64,000 bases of DNA from Oxynema aestuarii AP17 (GCF_012295525.1 NZ_CP051167.1:5557299-5621298); one strand, 5' to 3'; shown: positions 11,633 to 23,015, numbered from the stretch's first letter. Notes: generated by a model not told the origin, from the letters alone. Made by a program: numbers and translations.

Positions 11633-12136
11633 CTAGTGCGATCGCGGCGTCGTCGAAGGATCGAGCCGTTCGCTCGCGATTTCTTCTAGCAAACCTTCAC
11701 AGGCGTCGAGCAGCAAGTCGATGACGCGATTGAAGCCCTCGGGACCGCCGTAGTAGGGATCCGGGACTTCTTTGAGGGAGTGATGGCGGCAAAAGTCGCA
11801 CATCATCCGGACTTTATGGTGGTATTCGCCCTTGCGATCTAAGGCGAGGATATCGGCGTAGTTGTCCCGATCCATTGCTAAGATCAGGTCGAATTTTTCA
11901 AAATCGGCGGGATCGAAGCGACGGGCCCGACCGCTAAAGGTCATTCCCCGGGCTTTTGCCGCTTCGACCATGCGACGGTCCGGGGGACTGCCACTGTGGT
12001 AGCTGATGGTTCCGGCGGAGTCGCAGGTAATTTGACCGTCGAGGTTCTGTTGTTGCAGTAAGTAGTTAGTGATATTTTCGGCTGCGGGAGAGCGACAGAT
12101 ATTTCCCAGGCAGACGAACAGGAGTTTGTAGGGCAT
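11633..12136 (-). CDS. low-molecular-weight protein-tyrosine phosphatase
   Basis: P-loop CX5R(S) motif LFVCLGNICRSPAAE at the N-terminus and a DPYYG motif. Start taken at the ATG (MPYKLLFV) at 12136; the track ORF extends to 12202. Confidence 0.8.
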   Translation of the reverse strand: MPYKLLFVCLGNICRSPAAENITNYLLQQQNLDGQITCDSAGTISYHSGSPPDRRMVEAAKARGMTFSGRARRFDPADFEKFDLILAMDRDNYADILALDRKGEYHHKVRMMCDFCRHHSLKEVPDPYYGGPEGFNRVIDLLLDACEGLLEEIASERLDPSTTPRSH

Positions 12137-12295
12137 GGGTACGAGCGGAGTGGTCGCGGGGGAAGCGGGGCGATCGCCGCCAGAGGGCTGCGCGATCGAC
12201 AAAAACGACCCCGGATCGCCGAACCGAGGTTTCGACCTCGAAGGGGTCGAAATCGGTTGGGGGTTCGGGAGCCGTTGGCTTGGAAAGTCGGTAGG

Positions 12296-12640
12296 TTACA
12301 TACCGGGGAGGTTCAAGCCTCCGGTCAGTTCTTCCATGCGTTCGCGCATGGTGGCAGTGGAGTTGTTGTAGGCGTCTTTCATTGCTGCGGTGACCAATTC
12401 GGAAACCACGTCGGCTCCTTCGCCGAGAGCATCCGGGGAAATCTCTACGCGACGCGGTTCTTGGTTGCCACTGAGAATGACTTTGACCAAACCTCCCCCA
12501 GCTTGGCCTTCGATTTCCATTTGGTCTAATTCTTCTTGGAGCTTTTTGGCACCTTCTTGCACCTGCTGAGCTTTTTTGAAAGCTTCAGTCAGTTCTTTCA
12601 TTTTGCCGAGACTGAAGCCAAATCCCTGTCCTTTTGACAT
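12296..12640 (-). CDS. ybaB: YbaB/EbfC family nucleoid-associated DNA-binding protein
   Basis: 114 aa. MSKGQGFG...[25 protein letters not shown]...[20 protein letters not shown], typical of the YbaB family. Confidence 0.9.
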   Translation of the reverse strand: MSKGQGFGFSLGKMKELTEAFKKAQQVQEGAKKLQEELDQMEIEGQAGGGLVKVILSGNQEPRRVEISPDALGEGADVVSELVTAAMKDAYNNSTATMRERMEELTGGLNLPGM

Positions 12641-12810
12641 AATTGGTTGACTCTATTGTTTTATGGATTAGGTGAACAGCGACGATCGCTTTTCTGATGT
12701 TGAAGTTGTCCCTCAGTGTAGCGCGATCGGTATTTTCGATCCAACTCGATCGCGCCGTTCTCCCCCGGAGCGACCCCGACCCCAGGGGGGGATTGCGGGG
12801 CGGGCGATCG

Positions 12811-13812
12811 TTAGAATTCGCCGAGAATGCGAACTTCCGGTTCTAAATCCAAGGACCAATGTTGGGACACTTGGGCTTGAACGTGACGGATCAGTTCAAA
12901 AATTTGGCTTGCCGTCGCCCCCCCACAGTTGAGAATAAAATTGGCATGGCGTTCGGCGACTTGAGCTTGACCGACTTGATAGCCTTTGAGTCCGCTTTGT
13001 TCGATCAGCCACCCGGCCCCGGGAGACCCTTGGGGATTGCGGAAGACGCTGCCACAACTGGGCAAGTGGTACGGCTGGGTGGATTTGCGAAGTTGGAGTT
13101 GTTCCCCGGTCGTGGCCAGGACTTTTTCCGGATCGGCGCCGGGATTGAGGGCGAAGGTCGCTTCGACCACGAGCAAATCGCTCCCTTGGAGGATCGAGGT
13201 TCGATAAGCATAACCGAGTCGATCCGGGGTCAGCACGCGGACGTTGCCCTGGGGATCCATGACGTGGGCGTTGACGAGGACGTTGGCGCAACAACTGCCG
13301 TGGGCTCCGGCATTCATGACCACGGCGCCGCCGACGGTGCCGGGAATCCCGACCGCCCACTCGAAGCCTTCCCAACCGAGTTGGGCTGCTTGCCATGCCA
13401 AGCGGGCTAGGGATTGGCCTGCGGCGACCCGCACGCGCCCGTTTTCCGGATCGAAGTGAGTTTTTCTTAAATGGCGAGTGGCGATCGTCAGACCGGGCAG
13501 GCCGCGATCGCTGACGAGCAAGTTAGACCCCGCCCCCAAGAGGGTGATGGGTAGCCCCCGCTCCCGCGCCCAAGCAAAACTGGCTTTAATATCGTCGAGG
13601 GATCTGGGAATGACAAACCACTCCGCCGGACCGCCGACGCGAAATGATGTATAGCTCGCCAGAGAAATATTCGGTTTTATCTCACAATTACCACTTTCAA
13701 GTGGGATCGAGTAAGGGGAGCGTTGGGTTTCTCGCTGAAAACTCTCGGGCTTGGGGGAGACGACCGCCTCGGCCCTCGGGACGGCGCTAAGCTGCTCGTG
13801 GGAAAGTGTCAT
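12811..13812 (-). CDS. murB: UDP-N-acetylenolpyruvoylglucosamine reductase
   Basis: FAD-binding MurB fold: SYTSFRVGGPAEWF, GAGSNLL, GIPGTVGGAVVMNAGAHG, and the C-terminal MurB domain. Immediately downstream of murC. Confidence 0.9.
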   Translation of the reverse strand: MTLSHEQLSAVPRAEAVVSPKPESFQRETQRSPYSIPLESGNCEIKPNISLASYTSFRVGGPAEWFVIPRSLDDIKASFAWARERGLPITLLGAGSNLLVSDRGLPGLTIATRHLRKTHFDPENGRVRVAAGQSLARLAWQAAQLGWEGFEWAVGIPGTVGGAVVMNAGAHGSCCANVLVNAHVMDPQGNVRVLTPDRLGYAYRTSILQGSDLLVVEATFALNPGADPEKVLATTGEQLQLRKSTQPYHLPSCGSVFRNPQGSPGAGWLIEQSGLKGYQVGQAQVAERHANFILNCGGATASQIFELIRHVQAQVSQHWSLDLEPEVRILGEF

Positions 13813-13912
13813 GATAGTAATGGTGCTTTTATGCTGGTAAACCTATGCCGAAAATTGGCTCGAACAGGCGTTTTGAACGTTGAAGAACGTCCCTCGTCCG
13901 TTCGCCTCCAAT

Positions 13913-15469
13913 TTAGGCGCGATGGCGCGTGGCTTGCAAACCTTCTCGCTCCGTCTCTTGGTAGAATGCCATGACCTCCGGGACGATCTGGTTGAGATTC
14001 CCCGCTCCCAGAAACAAGACCAAATCCCCAGGAAGTAACATTTCACACAAAAACTGACGAACTGCATCGAGGTTTTCTTGATAATGCACCCGAGGATGAT
14101 GTTCGGCGATCGCCTCGGCAATTCTTACCCCATCGATGCCTTCAATTTTGGCTTCCCCCGCACTGTAAATATCGGTAACCACGACCAAATCGGCATCCTC
14201 AAAGGCACTGGCAAATTCCGATAAGAATTTCTGAGTGCGACTGTAACGATGAGGTTGAAACACGGCAACCGTGCGTTGGCGATCGCCCGAGGACAAACTT
14301 TTAGTCTGTAGTTTAGCCGCATTGAGTGTAGCGCGGATTTCGCTGGGGTGGTGCGCGTAGTCGTCTACGAACTGAATGCCGTTATATTCGCCTTTCAACT
14401 CGAAACGACGAGCGGCCCCGGCAAAAGTCGCGATCGCCGCCGCAATCTGAGAAAACTCCAATCCTAACAAACGTCCGAGCGCTACCGCCGCCAACGCATT
14501 ACTCAAGTTATGGTGTCCCAACAACGGTAAGGAAAGTTGGCCGAGAATTTCACCTCGTTCCCAAACCCGAGCGGTAGTTCCGTCGGCTCGATAAGCGATG
14601 CAATCGACAGTGTAATCCGCGCCCGAATCCAAATTGAGGCTGTAACTCACTGACGGTTGGAGCTGGTCGCGAACCGTCGGACAATCGATACAACCGATCG
14701 AAACTTCACAGCGCCTTTTAAACACTTTAAAAATCTCGACCACTTGATCGAGACTTTGATAGTGGTCGGGATGGTCGAGTTCGATATTGGTGACGATCCC
14801 GAATTTCGCCGACAACTTGGCCAACGAACCGTCCGATTCGTCGGCTTCGGCAACTAAATACGGGCTGTGTCCCAAGCGAGCATTGCCTTCCCAGGTTTTC
14901 ACTTCACCCCCGACCACAATCGTCGGATCGAGTCCGCACTGAAGGAGCAGGTGACCGATGAGCGAACTCGTCGTCGTTTTACCGTGGGTTCCGGCAACGG
15001 CAATGCTGTCGTAATCGTCGATCAAGGCGGCTAACAAGTCGGAGCGATGGAAAATCGGACAGCCTAAGTCTAAGGCAGCTCGATACTCGCTGTTGTTGGC
15101 GTCGATTGCCGTCGAACAGACGACTTGTGGCAGTAAAGAAGCCGAGTTAGACGGGGACTGACCGTTGACGGATTGTGGGGTGGAGCGTTGACGCGCACGG
15201 GTATCCGGAATGCCCCCTCCGTTGACCCGGGCGGGTTCCGGCTGTTCTCCATTTAGTTTCTCGAAGAATAATAAATTGCTTGCATCTTGTCGCCAAAAAA
15301 TATGAGCGCCATTGTCTTGCAAGCGCTGGGTGATATGACTCGATCGCAAATCCGAGCCATATACGGGAACCTGACGCTTCGCTAAAATATAGGCGAGGGC
15401 TGACATTCCTATGCCACCAATTCCAATGAAATGGAAAGGTCTACCGCTAAAATCAACAGAACTCGGCAT
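13913..15469 (-). CDS. murC: UDP-N-acetylmuramate--L-alanine ligase
   Basis: HFIGIGGIGMSALA N-terminus, Mur ligase central motif GTHGKTTTSSL, and the C-terminal domain. Carries a Pro/Ser/Gln-rich insertion (QPEPARVNGGGIPDTRARQRSTPQSVNGQSPSNSASL). Confidence 0.9.
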   Translation of the reverse strand: MPSSVDFSGRPFHFIGIGGIGMSALAYILAKRQVPVYGSDLRSSHITQRLQDNGAHIFWRQDASNLLFFEKLNGEQPEPARVNGGGIPDTRARQRSTPQSVNGQSPSNSASLLPQVVCSTAIDANNSEYRAALDLGCPIFHRSDLLAALIDDYDSIAVAGTHGKTTTSSLIGHLLLQCGLDPTIVVGGEVKTWEGNARLGHSPYLVAEADESDGSLAKLSAKFGIVTNIELDHPDHYQSLDQVVEIFKVFKRRCEVSIGCIDCPTVRDQLQPSVSYSLNLDSGADYTVDCIAYRADGTTARVWERGEILGQLSLPLLGHHNLSNALAAVALGRLLGLEFSQIAAAIATFAGAARRFELKGEYNGIQFVDDYAHHPSEIRATLNAAKLQTKSLSSGDRQRTVAVFQPHRYSRTQKFLSEFASAFEDADLVVVTDIYSAGEAKIEGIDGVRIAEAIAEHHPRVHYQENLDAVRQFLCEMLLPGDLVLFLGAGNLNQIVPEVMAFYQETEREGLQATRHRA

Positions 15470-16327
15470 CTTAGCTCCTTACACACCACACCACGCCAAT
15501 AACACGCGATATCATATCAAGAATTGTTTTTTCACGATACACTCGAAGGCTAAATCCCTTGCGAGCGCTCCAGAGCTTTCTGGAGATTGTAAAGTCAAAT
15601 ACATGGCTGTCACGGTCAATTCCTGACATTTTTTCTATCTGTGGACATTTTTTAACGCGATCGCTACCCAATTGTCCAGTAAGGCAACTTGGACTTGAAT
15701 TTTCAGCTCCAGAGTCGTCCCTTTTGGAAGGCACTCCCTGTTCGGTCGAAATCCCTGGCCAAAAACGAACGGGTCGGCAAGCAAACGATCGGCAAAAATC
15801 GCGGCTACCAACACAAGAGTAACCCCAAAAATCAACTTCTCCCCGACTGTCCGAACGATCGTCCCCAGAGTACTTGAAATTAGGCCGCCCGAGTTGGCTT
15901 TTCAATCGAAAATAATGGGGTACAAGCCCCGTCCTGACTTCGGCCAGCTCAGCCACCATCTAGGACGGCTTTTGGATAGAATGAAGACGATCCGCAACCC
16001 GGCCAGAGTCTCGCGATCGACCGGAGGAAGCTGGCTCGCAATGGGCGGCACACTTGAAATCGCCGAGGGGAAAGTTGTTGGACTCCCGATGAAGCGAGAA
16101 TCCCCATACCTTTAGATGGGGGAGTGTCAAAACACTATACCCGCCACTATACCCGCCGGATCGCAGTTCGATCGCCAACAATAAGCGACGGGTAAGAACG
16201 CCAAATCCCGGAGACAATGGAGGCAGACCATCGAATCGTAGAGGGATGTTTTAAAGTCTCGTACCGCCTTCAATAACGATCGCCAGAAATCGGGAGAATT
16301 TGTTGGGAAATAACTCATGACTCTCCC

Positions 16328-16987
16328 TTGCACGCCAGAGTATCGATGCAAAAAATAGGTATTTTCGGCGGCACCTTCGATCCCGTCCATCGGGGTCACG
16401 AGATCCTTGCCGAGGCAGCATTCAGCCAAGGTCAACTCGATTTAGTCTTGTGGTTACCCGATCGCCGTCCGCCCCATCCGCTCAAAGCCTCACCATCGGC
16501 TTACGAACATCGTTGCAAGATGGTCGAATTGGCGATCGCCGATCGTCGTGAATTTGCCCTATTTTGCGATCCGAATCAGCCGAGTGCTTCCCGCTCTTAT
16601 GCCATTAACACCTTTCTCACCCTCTGCCGAGCCTATCCGGATACCCAGTGGAGTTGGATTCTCGGCGCCGATGCTTTTGCCAAGTTGCCCCAATGGTACC
16701 GCGTCCAGGACCTCGTTGATGCCTGTCGCTGGTTGGTCGCACCGCGCCCCGTCATCGGCGATCGTCCGCAGAACTCCCCCGATCCCACGACCGGTCTCGC
16801 CGAACGGGTGGCCGCCGAATTTAGCCGCCTCGGCCAGACCCTTCACTGGCAAATTTTAGACTTACCCGGAATCCCCCTTTCATCCACTGCAATTCGCCGA
16901 TCGCGGCGCCAAGGGAATTGGCCGTGCGAGGGTCTGGCCGACGCCGTTAGAATCTATATTGAAAGTCACAATCTCTACCGCCATTGA
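16328..16987 (+). CDS. nadD: nicotinate-nucleotide adenylyltransferase
   Basis: IGIFGGTFDPVHRGH (HxGH nucleotidyltransferase motif) and SSTAIR near the C-terminus. The true start is probably the internal Met MQKIGIF (~16346). Confidence 0.85.
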   Translation: MHARVSMQKIGIFGGTFDPVHRGHEILAEAAFSQGQLDLVLWLPDRRPPHPLKASPSAYEHRCKMVELAIADRREFALFCDPNQPSASRSYAINTFLTLCRAYPDTQWSWILGADAFAKLPQWYRVQDLVDACRWLVAPRPVIGDRPQNSPDPTTGLAERVAAEFSRLGQTLHWQILDLPGIPLSSTAIRRSRRQGNWPCEGLADAVRIYIESHNLYRH

Positions 16988-17132
16988 GCGATCGCCGTCG
17001 AACCACCACACTCCGACGGTCAAACCCTGAATATCAGCCAACCCTTGGAAACGAGTATCGAATCGTACAGCCTTTGCGATATGATCGGGTTCAACAATAG
17101 GCATTTTTAAGTAGACAAAGGGGCAAGACGCA

Positions 17133-18149
17133 GTGATTAGAGTAGCGATCAACGGTTTTGGACGCATCGGACGCAACTTCATGCGCTGCTGGCTAACCAG
17201 AACCAACAGTCAACTAGAAATAGTTGGAGTGAACGATACCTCTGACCCCAGAACGAACGCCCATCTTTTGAAATACGATTCGATGCTGGGGAAATTGGAT
17301 GCTGAAATCAGTGCCGATGAAAATTCCATCACCGTAAACGGCAAGACGATTAAATGCGTTTCCGATCGCAATCCATTAAACTTGCCCTGGGCTGACTGGG
17401 GAGTTGATTTGGTGATCGAATCGACTGGCGTTTTTGTGACCGAAGAGGGAGCCTCCAAACACTTAGAGGCAGGCGCCAAAAAAGTTCTGATTACAGCTCC
17501 CGGTAAAGGGGGTAAGATTGGCACCTTTGTCATGGGAGTCAACCACGCCAATTACAAGCACGAAGATTTCAACGTCGTCAGCAATGCAAGCTGTACGACG
17601 AACTGTTTGGCTCCGGTGGTTAAAGTCATTCATGACAACTTTGGCATCATCAAAGGGACGATGACCACCACCCACAGTTACACGGGCGACCAACGCTTGC
17701 TCGATGCCAGCCACCGCGACGTGCGACGCGCTCGTGCTGCCGCGATCAACATCGTTCCGACCTCCACGGGAGCTGCTAAAGCGGTCTCTCTCGTGATTCC
17801 AGATATGGCGGGCAAACTCAATGGGATTGCCATGCGCGTTCCTACCCCCAATGTTTCCGTGGTCGATTTCGTCGCTCAAGTTGAGAAAAAGACCTTTGCC
17901 GAGCAGGTCAACGAAGTCCTGCACGAAGCGGCAAACGGTTCGCTCAACGGAATTTTAGAATACAGCGACGAACCGTTAGTCTCTTCGGACTACCGGGGAC
18001 ACGATGCGTCTTCGATCGTCGATTCCAGCTTGACGATGGTCATGGATGGCGATCTGGTCAAAGTTGTGGCTTGGTACGATAACGAATGGGGTTACAGCCA
18101 ACGGGTGGTTGACTTGGCCGAATTAGTGGCTGCAAAGTGGAGCGCTTAA
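17133..18149 (+). CDS. gap: type I glyceraldehyde-3-phosphate dehydrogenase
   Basis: [13 protein letters not shown] Rossmann N-terminus and active-site [12 protein letters not shown]. 338 aa. Probable GTG start. Confidence 0.95.
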   Translation: MIRVAINGFGRIGRNFMRCWLTRTNSQLEIVGVNDTSDPRTNAHLLKYDSMLGKLDAEISADENSITVNGKTIKCVSDRNPLNLPWADWGVDLVIESTGVFVTEEGASKHLEAGAKKVLITAPGKGGKIGTFVMGVNHANYKHEDFNVVSNASCTTNCLAPVVKVIHDNFGIIKGTMTTTHSYTGDQRLLDASHRDVRRARAAAINIVPTSTGAAKAVSLVIPDMAGKLNGIAMRVPTPNVSVVDFVAQVEKKTFAEQVNEVLHEAANGSLNGILEYSDEPLVSSDYRGHDASSIVDSSLTMVMDGDLVKVVAWYDNEWGYSQRVVDLAELVAAKWSA

Positions 18150-18278
18150 AGCTATAATCTTTTTTGCAAAGTGAGTGTTGAACTTTGAGTGATTTGCAAG
18201 AATCTTCAAGGTTCGCCACTCGCTTTTTCGTTGGAATTGTGGCTGTTGCAATTTCGATCGACGTTGCAATTTTCAGAG

Positions 18279-19325
18279 CTAAAAATGTTGGAATCCTTTC
18301 TTGAGGCTCAGTTGTTGTTCGCGACAGCTTCCAGGAGTCCCGGTTAAGTAAACTCCAGGTTCCCGAGTGACTTCACCGACGATTCGCGCTTCGGCATTGA
18401 GACGAGAGAGGAGCGATCGCGCGATCGCCGGGGGCAGACAAAGGACGAGCTCGAAGTCTTCGCCACCGTAAAGCACCCAGTTGAGGGCCTGTTCCGGAGT
18501 CGCCAGTTGGCCGAGACTGTCGGGTTGGGGCAGTTGCGACCGCTCCAACCGGGCGCCCACCCCACTCGCTCGCGCAATTTGCACGATCGCATCGGCTAAC
18601 CCGTCGCTGCTATCCATCGCCGCATAACTTCGGGTCTGGCTGTCGTTCTCGTTTTCGGCGATCGCCCCCCGTAAAGCTTCCCGAACGTCGAGACGCGGTT
18701 TCGGTCGCTGGTGCGCTCGAATCAAATCGGCGCGATCGTCCGCACTCAAAGCCTTTCCCCGGTCGGGATCGAGGAGCAGTTCCAAACCCGCCCGCGAGGC
18801 GCCGTGCCACCCTGTCACTACGATCGCATCCCCGGGACGGGCCGCGTCCCGCCGCCAGATCCGTGCGCCATCGGCCCGACCGAATGCCGTAATCGAGACC
18901 GTATTGACTGAGGAACGACAGACATCCCCTCCGGCGATCGCGGTCCGATAGCGATCGAGACAAGCGACCATCCCCCGATACAGTCCTTCGACCCAGCAGA
19001 GGCGGGTTTCTCCCGTGAGGGCGAGACCGACGGTAATCGCGATCGGAGTGGCCCCCATTGCCGCTAAATCGGATAAGTTGGCGGCGACGGCGCGCCATCC
19101 CGCATCTTCCGGGGAAGTGGTGCGATCGCTGAAATGAACCCCATCGACGAGTACGTCGGTGGTGACCACGAGGGAATCCCCCAAGTCTGGGGTCAGGGCG
19201 ATCGTCGCCGCATCGTCACCGACTAAATCCGCCGGACAAAATTGATACAAACACTGTAAAATTCCCTGTTCGCCGAGATCGCGCACTCGCCGGACGCTGC
19301 GATCGTCATTCGCCATCAAACTCAC
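18279..19325 (-). CDS. thiL: thiamine-monophosphate kinase
   Basis: AIR-synthase-related fold. The GEQGILQCL...DDAATIALTPDLGDSLVVTTDVLVDGVHF N-terminus is typical of ThiL. Confidence 0.8.
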   Translation of the reverse strand: MSLMANDDRSVRRVRDLGEQGILQCLYQFCPADLVGDDAATIALTPDLGDSLVVTTDVLVDGVHFSDRTTSPEDAGWRAVAANLSDLAAMGATPIAITVGLALTGETRLCWVEGLYRGMVACLDRYRTAIAGGDVCRSSVNTVSITAFGRADGARIWRRDAARPGDAIVVTGWHGASRAGLELLLDPDRGKALSADDRADLIRAHQRPKPRLDVREALRGAIAENENDSQTRSYAAMDSSDGLADAIVQIARASGVGARLERSQLPQPDSLGQLATPEQALNWVLYGGEDFELVLCLPPAIARSLLSRLNAEARIVGEVTREPGVYLTGTPGSCREQQLSLKKGFQHF

Positions 19326-19370
19326 CCTTGCTGTTGTTATTTTGAACCTCGATTTCGATGATTTCGATCT

Positions 19371-19679
19371 TTATTCCAACGCCGAATCCGACGGACGCAA
19401 TTTAGGAAAGCGATAGAACGGATCCCCATCGACATCGACTTCTAAGGTGGCTCCAAATGCTTTTGCTTGCCGTTCTAAATAGGGTTTGGCGATGTCGGCA
19501 TCGACTTGAGCGACGACGGACAATTGAATGGTAGAAATTCTGCATTTTTCTCTTTCTAGGAGATGGTAAAATGCTTTTTCCAACCGCCGTTGATTTTCAT
19601 TGGCTCGCAGCAGCGCGCTGACAATGAAAAATAGAATAGATGCGAAAACTAGGAAGAAAAATAATTGAATAATTGCCAT
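19371..19679 (-). CDS. small membrane protein (hypothetical)
   Basis: 102 aa with a strongly hydrophobic N-terminus (IIQLFFFLVFASILFFIVSALL). No recognisable domain. Confidence 0.35.
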   Translation of the reverse strand: MAIIQLFFFLVFASILFFIVSALLRANENQRRLEKAFYHLLEREKCRISTIQLSVVAQVDADIAKPYLERQAKAFGATLEVDVDGDPFYRFPKLRPSDSALE

Positions 19680-19981
19680 GATGTTTTAAGATTATTTTGG
19701 TTTTTGTTTGAACCGATCGCGGAATCTTTAAAACGGGGATCTATTGTTAATTATCTGTGGGGCGATCGCGCTTTGGCGGTTATTTTTAACTTAACTTAAC
19801 TTCAGTGACTCTGGATGGCTGCCGGAGTTCGCCGACAGGTCAGTAAGCCAGCTACACCCGTGGGGGAAGGACTCGAACATCCCGAGCCTACATTTAAACC
19901 CCCGATAACCCCCGATAACCTCCTATATTTCAATACCGTTACTTACCCCAACCCTGTTCTCACCGCGATCGCCGATTCCAT

Positions 19982-20010
19982 ATCTAAAATCTAAAATCTA
20001 AAACCTAAAA
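19982..20010. repeat. heptanucleotide tandem repeat (atctaaa x4)
   Basis: atctaaaatctaaaatctaaaacctaaaa in an intergenic region. A cccccgataacc x2 direct repeat lies at ~19900. Confidence 0.5.
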
Positions 20011-20080
20011 TACCAAAAGGTCTAGACCGAAGACTGGCCTAGACCTTTTAGGGTTCAAATGCAGTTAGAAAGGAATGCAA

Positions 20081-21244
20081 TTAGGGTTCAACCAAGTTTT
20101 CAGATCCTTCGATCGCTTTAGCTGAAATAATTTTATTTCCTTGCTTGAGTTCTTCTAAAATGTCTTCACCTTCGACGACATAACCGAAAACGGAATAACG
20201 ACCGTCCAAGAGGTTGAAGCCGGGAGGGGTGAGTTCGCGATCGAACAACAAGAAGAAGAATTGGGAAGAACCGCCATCGGGATCGATTTCCGGTCGAGCC
20301 ATTGCGACGGCGCCATAAGCGGAGAAAGGTAAGACGGGATCTTCTTGATAGCGACCTGCTTGTTCTAAAGTGATTCCGTAGGTGGGTTTTTCGTCACCTC
20401 GGACTAAAATTTCTAAAGGAATATTGCGATATTCACCGGTTTTGGGATCGATAAAGCCCTCGTCGGGACCGGGGGGATCGCCCGTTTGCAGGACGTAGTT
20501 GCCTTCCGAGCGAATAAATTCGAGACCGTCGTAAAAGCCACGTTGGACGAGATCGATAAAGTTTCCGGCGGTAACGGGGGCGCTGTAGCCGTCAACGACG
20601 ACGGTAACCGGACCTCGATCGGTTTCGATCTCCACGGTGGCGCGACCTTTGAGTTGGGGAAGATTGGCGTATTCTTCGGGAACTTCAAAAGGAAAGCCGG
20701 TGACCATCATCTGTTCGAGTTGACCGACGGTGGCGAGGAGGCGATCGCGCACTTCTTGAGTAGCGGGTCGATCTTTAGCCTCGACAGCCGTTTCGAGGTC
20801 GCCGAGTCCCTGACGGAGTTGTTCGACGAGGGGTTTGGCTTGAGCTTGTCGGTCTTCGGGAATGCTGGCGAGGATATCGGAGGCGCGGGTATCGAGGGCC
20901 ATCGAGATCCGACGGAGATCGGAGGAAATCGGCCCCCAACGTTTGCCGCGCAGTTGATAGGAAATATCTTCGAGGTTTTGTTGGATGTCGCGGATCGTAT
21001 CGTTATCGATGGGTAAAGCGTAGCGCAAGAGCGCTTTTGCATCGGTGATCGCATCTCCTTGAGCGAGGCGGCTGGTGCGTCCGGAATCGCCTCCGGATAA
21101 GTCCCACCATGCCGAACTCAGTCCGAGGGAGAGACTGACCATCAGCAGGAGTACGACTGAGGTTGTCAGCCAAGTCCGTAGTAAATTTTTTATTTTTTTG
21201 CTCCAAAGAAGCATTGATTTATCCCTGACTCCTTGACACGGCAT
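20081..21244 (-). CDS. cyclophilin-type peptidyl-prolyl cis-trans isomerase with long N-terminal domain (TLP40/CYP38-like, putative lumenal)
   Basis: N-terminal transmembrane/signal segment. The C-terminal cyclophilin domain reads GFYDGLEFIRSEGNYVLQTGDPPGPDEGF...YSVFGYVVEGEDILEEL. Confidence 0.85.
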   Translation of the reverse strand: MPCQGVRDKSMLLWSKKIKNLLRTWLTTSVVLLLMVSLSLGLSSAWWDLSGGDSGRTSRLAQGDAITDAKALLRYALPIDNDTIRDIQQNLEDISYQLRGKRWGPISSDLRRISMALDTRASDILASIPEDRQAQAKPLVEQLRQGLGDLETAVEAKDRPATQEVRDRLLATVGQLEQMMVTGFPFEVPEEYANLPQLKGRATVEIETDRGPVTVVVDGYSAPVTAGNFIDLVQRGFYDGLEFIRSEGNYVLQTGDPPGPDEGFIDPKTGEYRNIPLEILVRGDEKPTYGITLEQAGRYQEDPVLPFSAYGAVAMARPEIDPDGGSSQFFFLLFDRELTPPGFNLLDGRYSVFGYVVEGEDILEELKQGNKIISAKAIEGSENLVEP

Positions 21245-21470
21245 GAAATTATCTTGCCATATAGAGGGGTGGGTTTCTTGGACGCGCCGAGGGAGAAACC
21301 GTAGGATCTCGTGGGGTTTTGGGGGAAATTAGAGCAGCGCAAGGGGTTGATGGGAGGGGCGATACGCGCGATCGCGACTCGTCGAATCGGTCGGGATCGA
21401 TTTTGAATGGAAGGAGAAGACCTCCCTCGCGGTACAATTAGATGCCGATTGTTCTGCCCGAGAAAGATAG

Positions 21471-22028
21471 ATGATTTCGAGTAATGACTTTCGCACTGGG
21501 GTCACGATTGAATTAGATGGTGCGGTCTGGCGGGTAGTTGAATTCCTTCACGTCAAACCCGGAAAAGGTTCTGCTTTCGTGCGCACGAAACTCAAAAATG
21601 TGCAAAGCGGGAGCGTTGTCGAGCGCACGTTCCGAGCTGGGGAAACCGTTCCTCAAGCGACGCTAGAAAAGCGCACGATGCAATACACCTATAAAGACGC
21701 GGATCAGTTCGTCTTTATGGATATGGAAACGTTTGAGGAAACGCGCCTGCAAACCGAGCAAATCGGCGATCGCGTGAAGTATCTCAAGGAAGGGATGGAC
21801 GTCAATGTCGTCCGTTGGGAAAGCCAGGTGCTGGAAGTCGAACTTCCGAATTCGGTGGTTTTGGAGGTGACCGAAACCGAACCCGGAGTTAAAGGCGATA
21901 CAGCGACTGGCGGCAACAAACCCGCGATCGTCGAAACAGGCGCCCAGGTGATGGTTCCCCTGTTTATTTCGATTGGAGAACGTATCAAAATCGATACTCG
22001 CAACGACACTTATCTAGGTCGCGAATAA
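21471..22028 (+). CDS. efp: elongation factor P
   Basis: [43 protein letters not shown]. Contains the KPGKG loop with the modified Lys. 185 aa. Confidence 0.95.
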   Translation: MISSNDFRTGVTIELDGAVWRVVEFLHVKPGKGSAFVRTKLKNVQSGSVVERTFRAGETVPQATLEKRTMQYTYKDADQFVFMDMETFEETRLQTEQIGDRVKYLKEGMDVNVVRWESQVLEVELPNSVVLEVTETEPGVKGDTATGGNKPAIVETGAQVMVPLFISIGERIKIDTRNDTYLGRE

Positions 22029-22232
22029 ACCGAAGCGCCAGCTCTCTATTTCAACAGCCCCTCATGATGACGGGTCGGGAGTGCATTACTTCCAGACGCG
22101 CTCGACGACGGGGCTTTGAATTTCTCAAGCACTGCGCGATCGTTCTCGGCGCCAACCGAGAAAGATATTTTAAAGCAGCCGAGCGATCTGCTGGGTTTGC
22201 TTTCATGATGATTTAACGGGATCGAAAACACT

Positions 22233-22769
22233 GTGGTATTTGACTTCAGTCAACTGTGCGAACTGCTCGCAACGGTCGATCGGACCGATATTTCCGAACT
22301 GATTTTAAAAAGTGATGATTTTGAGCTGACCGTGCGTAAAGGCCCCCTCGGGGGAACGGTTGCCGCTACGGGGGCGCCTACTCCGGCGGTGGAGGTCTCC
22401 GGATTGGCGACGGGTGAAGGTACGCCGAGCGCTCCCGTAGCGCCCGTCCCCGCGCCTCCCGCCGCGCCTGCGCCCACTCCGTCGCCGACTCCCGCTTCGC
22501 CGCCGCCGACGCCGAACGATCGCCAGTGGGTGGAGATTGCTTCGCCGATGGTGGGTACGTTTTATCGCGCCCCCGCACCGGACGAACCGCCGTTTGTGTC
22601 GGTGGGCGATCGCATCAGTGTCGGTCAAAGCGTCTGTATTATCGAGGCGATGAAACTGATGAACGAACTGGAAGCGGAGGTCTCCGGACAGGTGATGGAA
22701 ATCTTAGTCGAAAATGGAGAATCCGTCGAATACGGTCAAGTGTTGATGCGGGTCAATCCGGAGGGCTAA
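22233..22769 (+). CDS. accB: acetyl-CoA carboxylase biotin carboxyl carrier protein
   Basis: DFSQLCELL...[19 protein letters not shown]-terminus, Ala/Pro-rich linker, and biotinyl domain with [12 protein letters not shown] (EAMKLM biotin attachment). The efp-accB arrangement is conserved. Confidence 0.9.
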   Translation: MVFDFSQLCELLATVDRTDISELILKSDDFELTVRKGPLGGTVAATGAPTPAVEVSGLATGEGTPSAPVAPVPAPPAAPAPTPSPTPASPPPTPNDRQWVEIASPMVGTFYRAPAPDEPPFVSVGDRISVGQSVCIIEAMKLMNELEAEVSGQVMEILVENGESVEYGQVLMRVNPEG

Positions 22770-23015
22770 ACGTGGCGTCGCCCGGGGATGCGGGGGATAA
22801 CCCTTGAGGCTCGGGGGTTTCGTCTGGAGAGGCGATCGCCCCGTGCCAGTTGTCGTTCCCTTCTCGGTACGGTCTCGATTCGGACGAGGGGCGATTCTCC
22901 TCGGTCGCCCCTATGCGATCGCCCCTGCCCGACAAGGTTTTACTTTAATCACTCTATTGTCATAAACCTTTTAACTGTTAAGATAGTTAGATCGGTCATT
23001 TCAGGTTAATTTCCC

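Noticed and set aside
15471-15959. 162-aa minus-strand ORF abutting the murC start, plus several 60-100-aa ORFs up to 16435
   Set aside because: Low-complexity, Arg/Ser/Cys-rich translations with no motifs. Most likely a ~850-bp intergenic region between murC and nadD.
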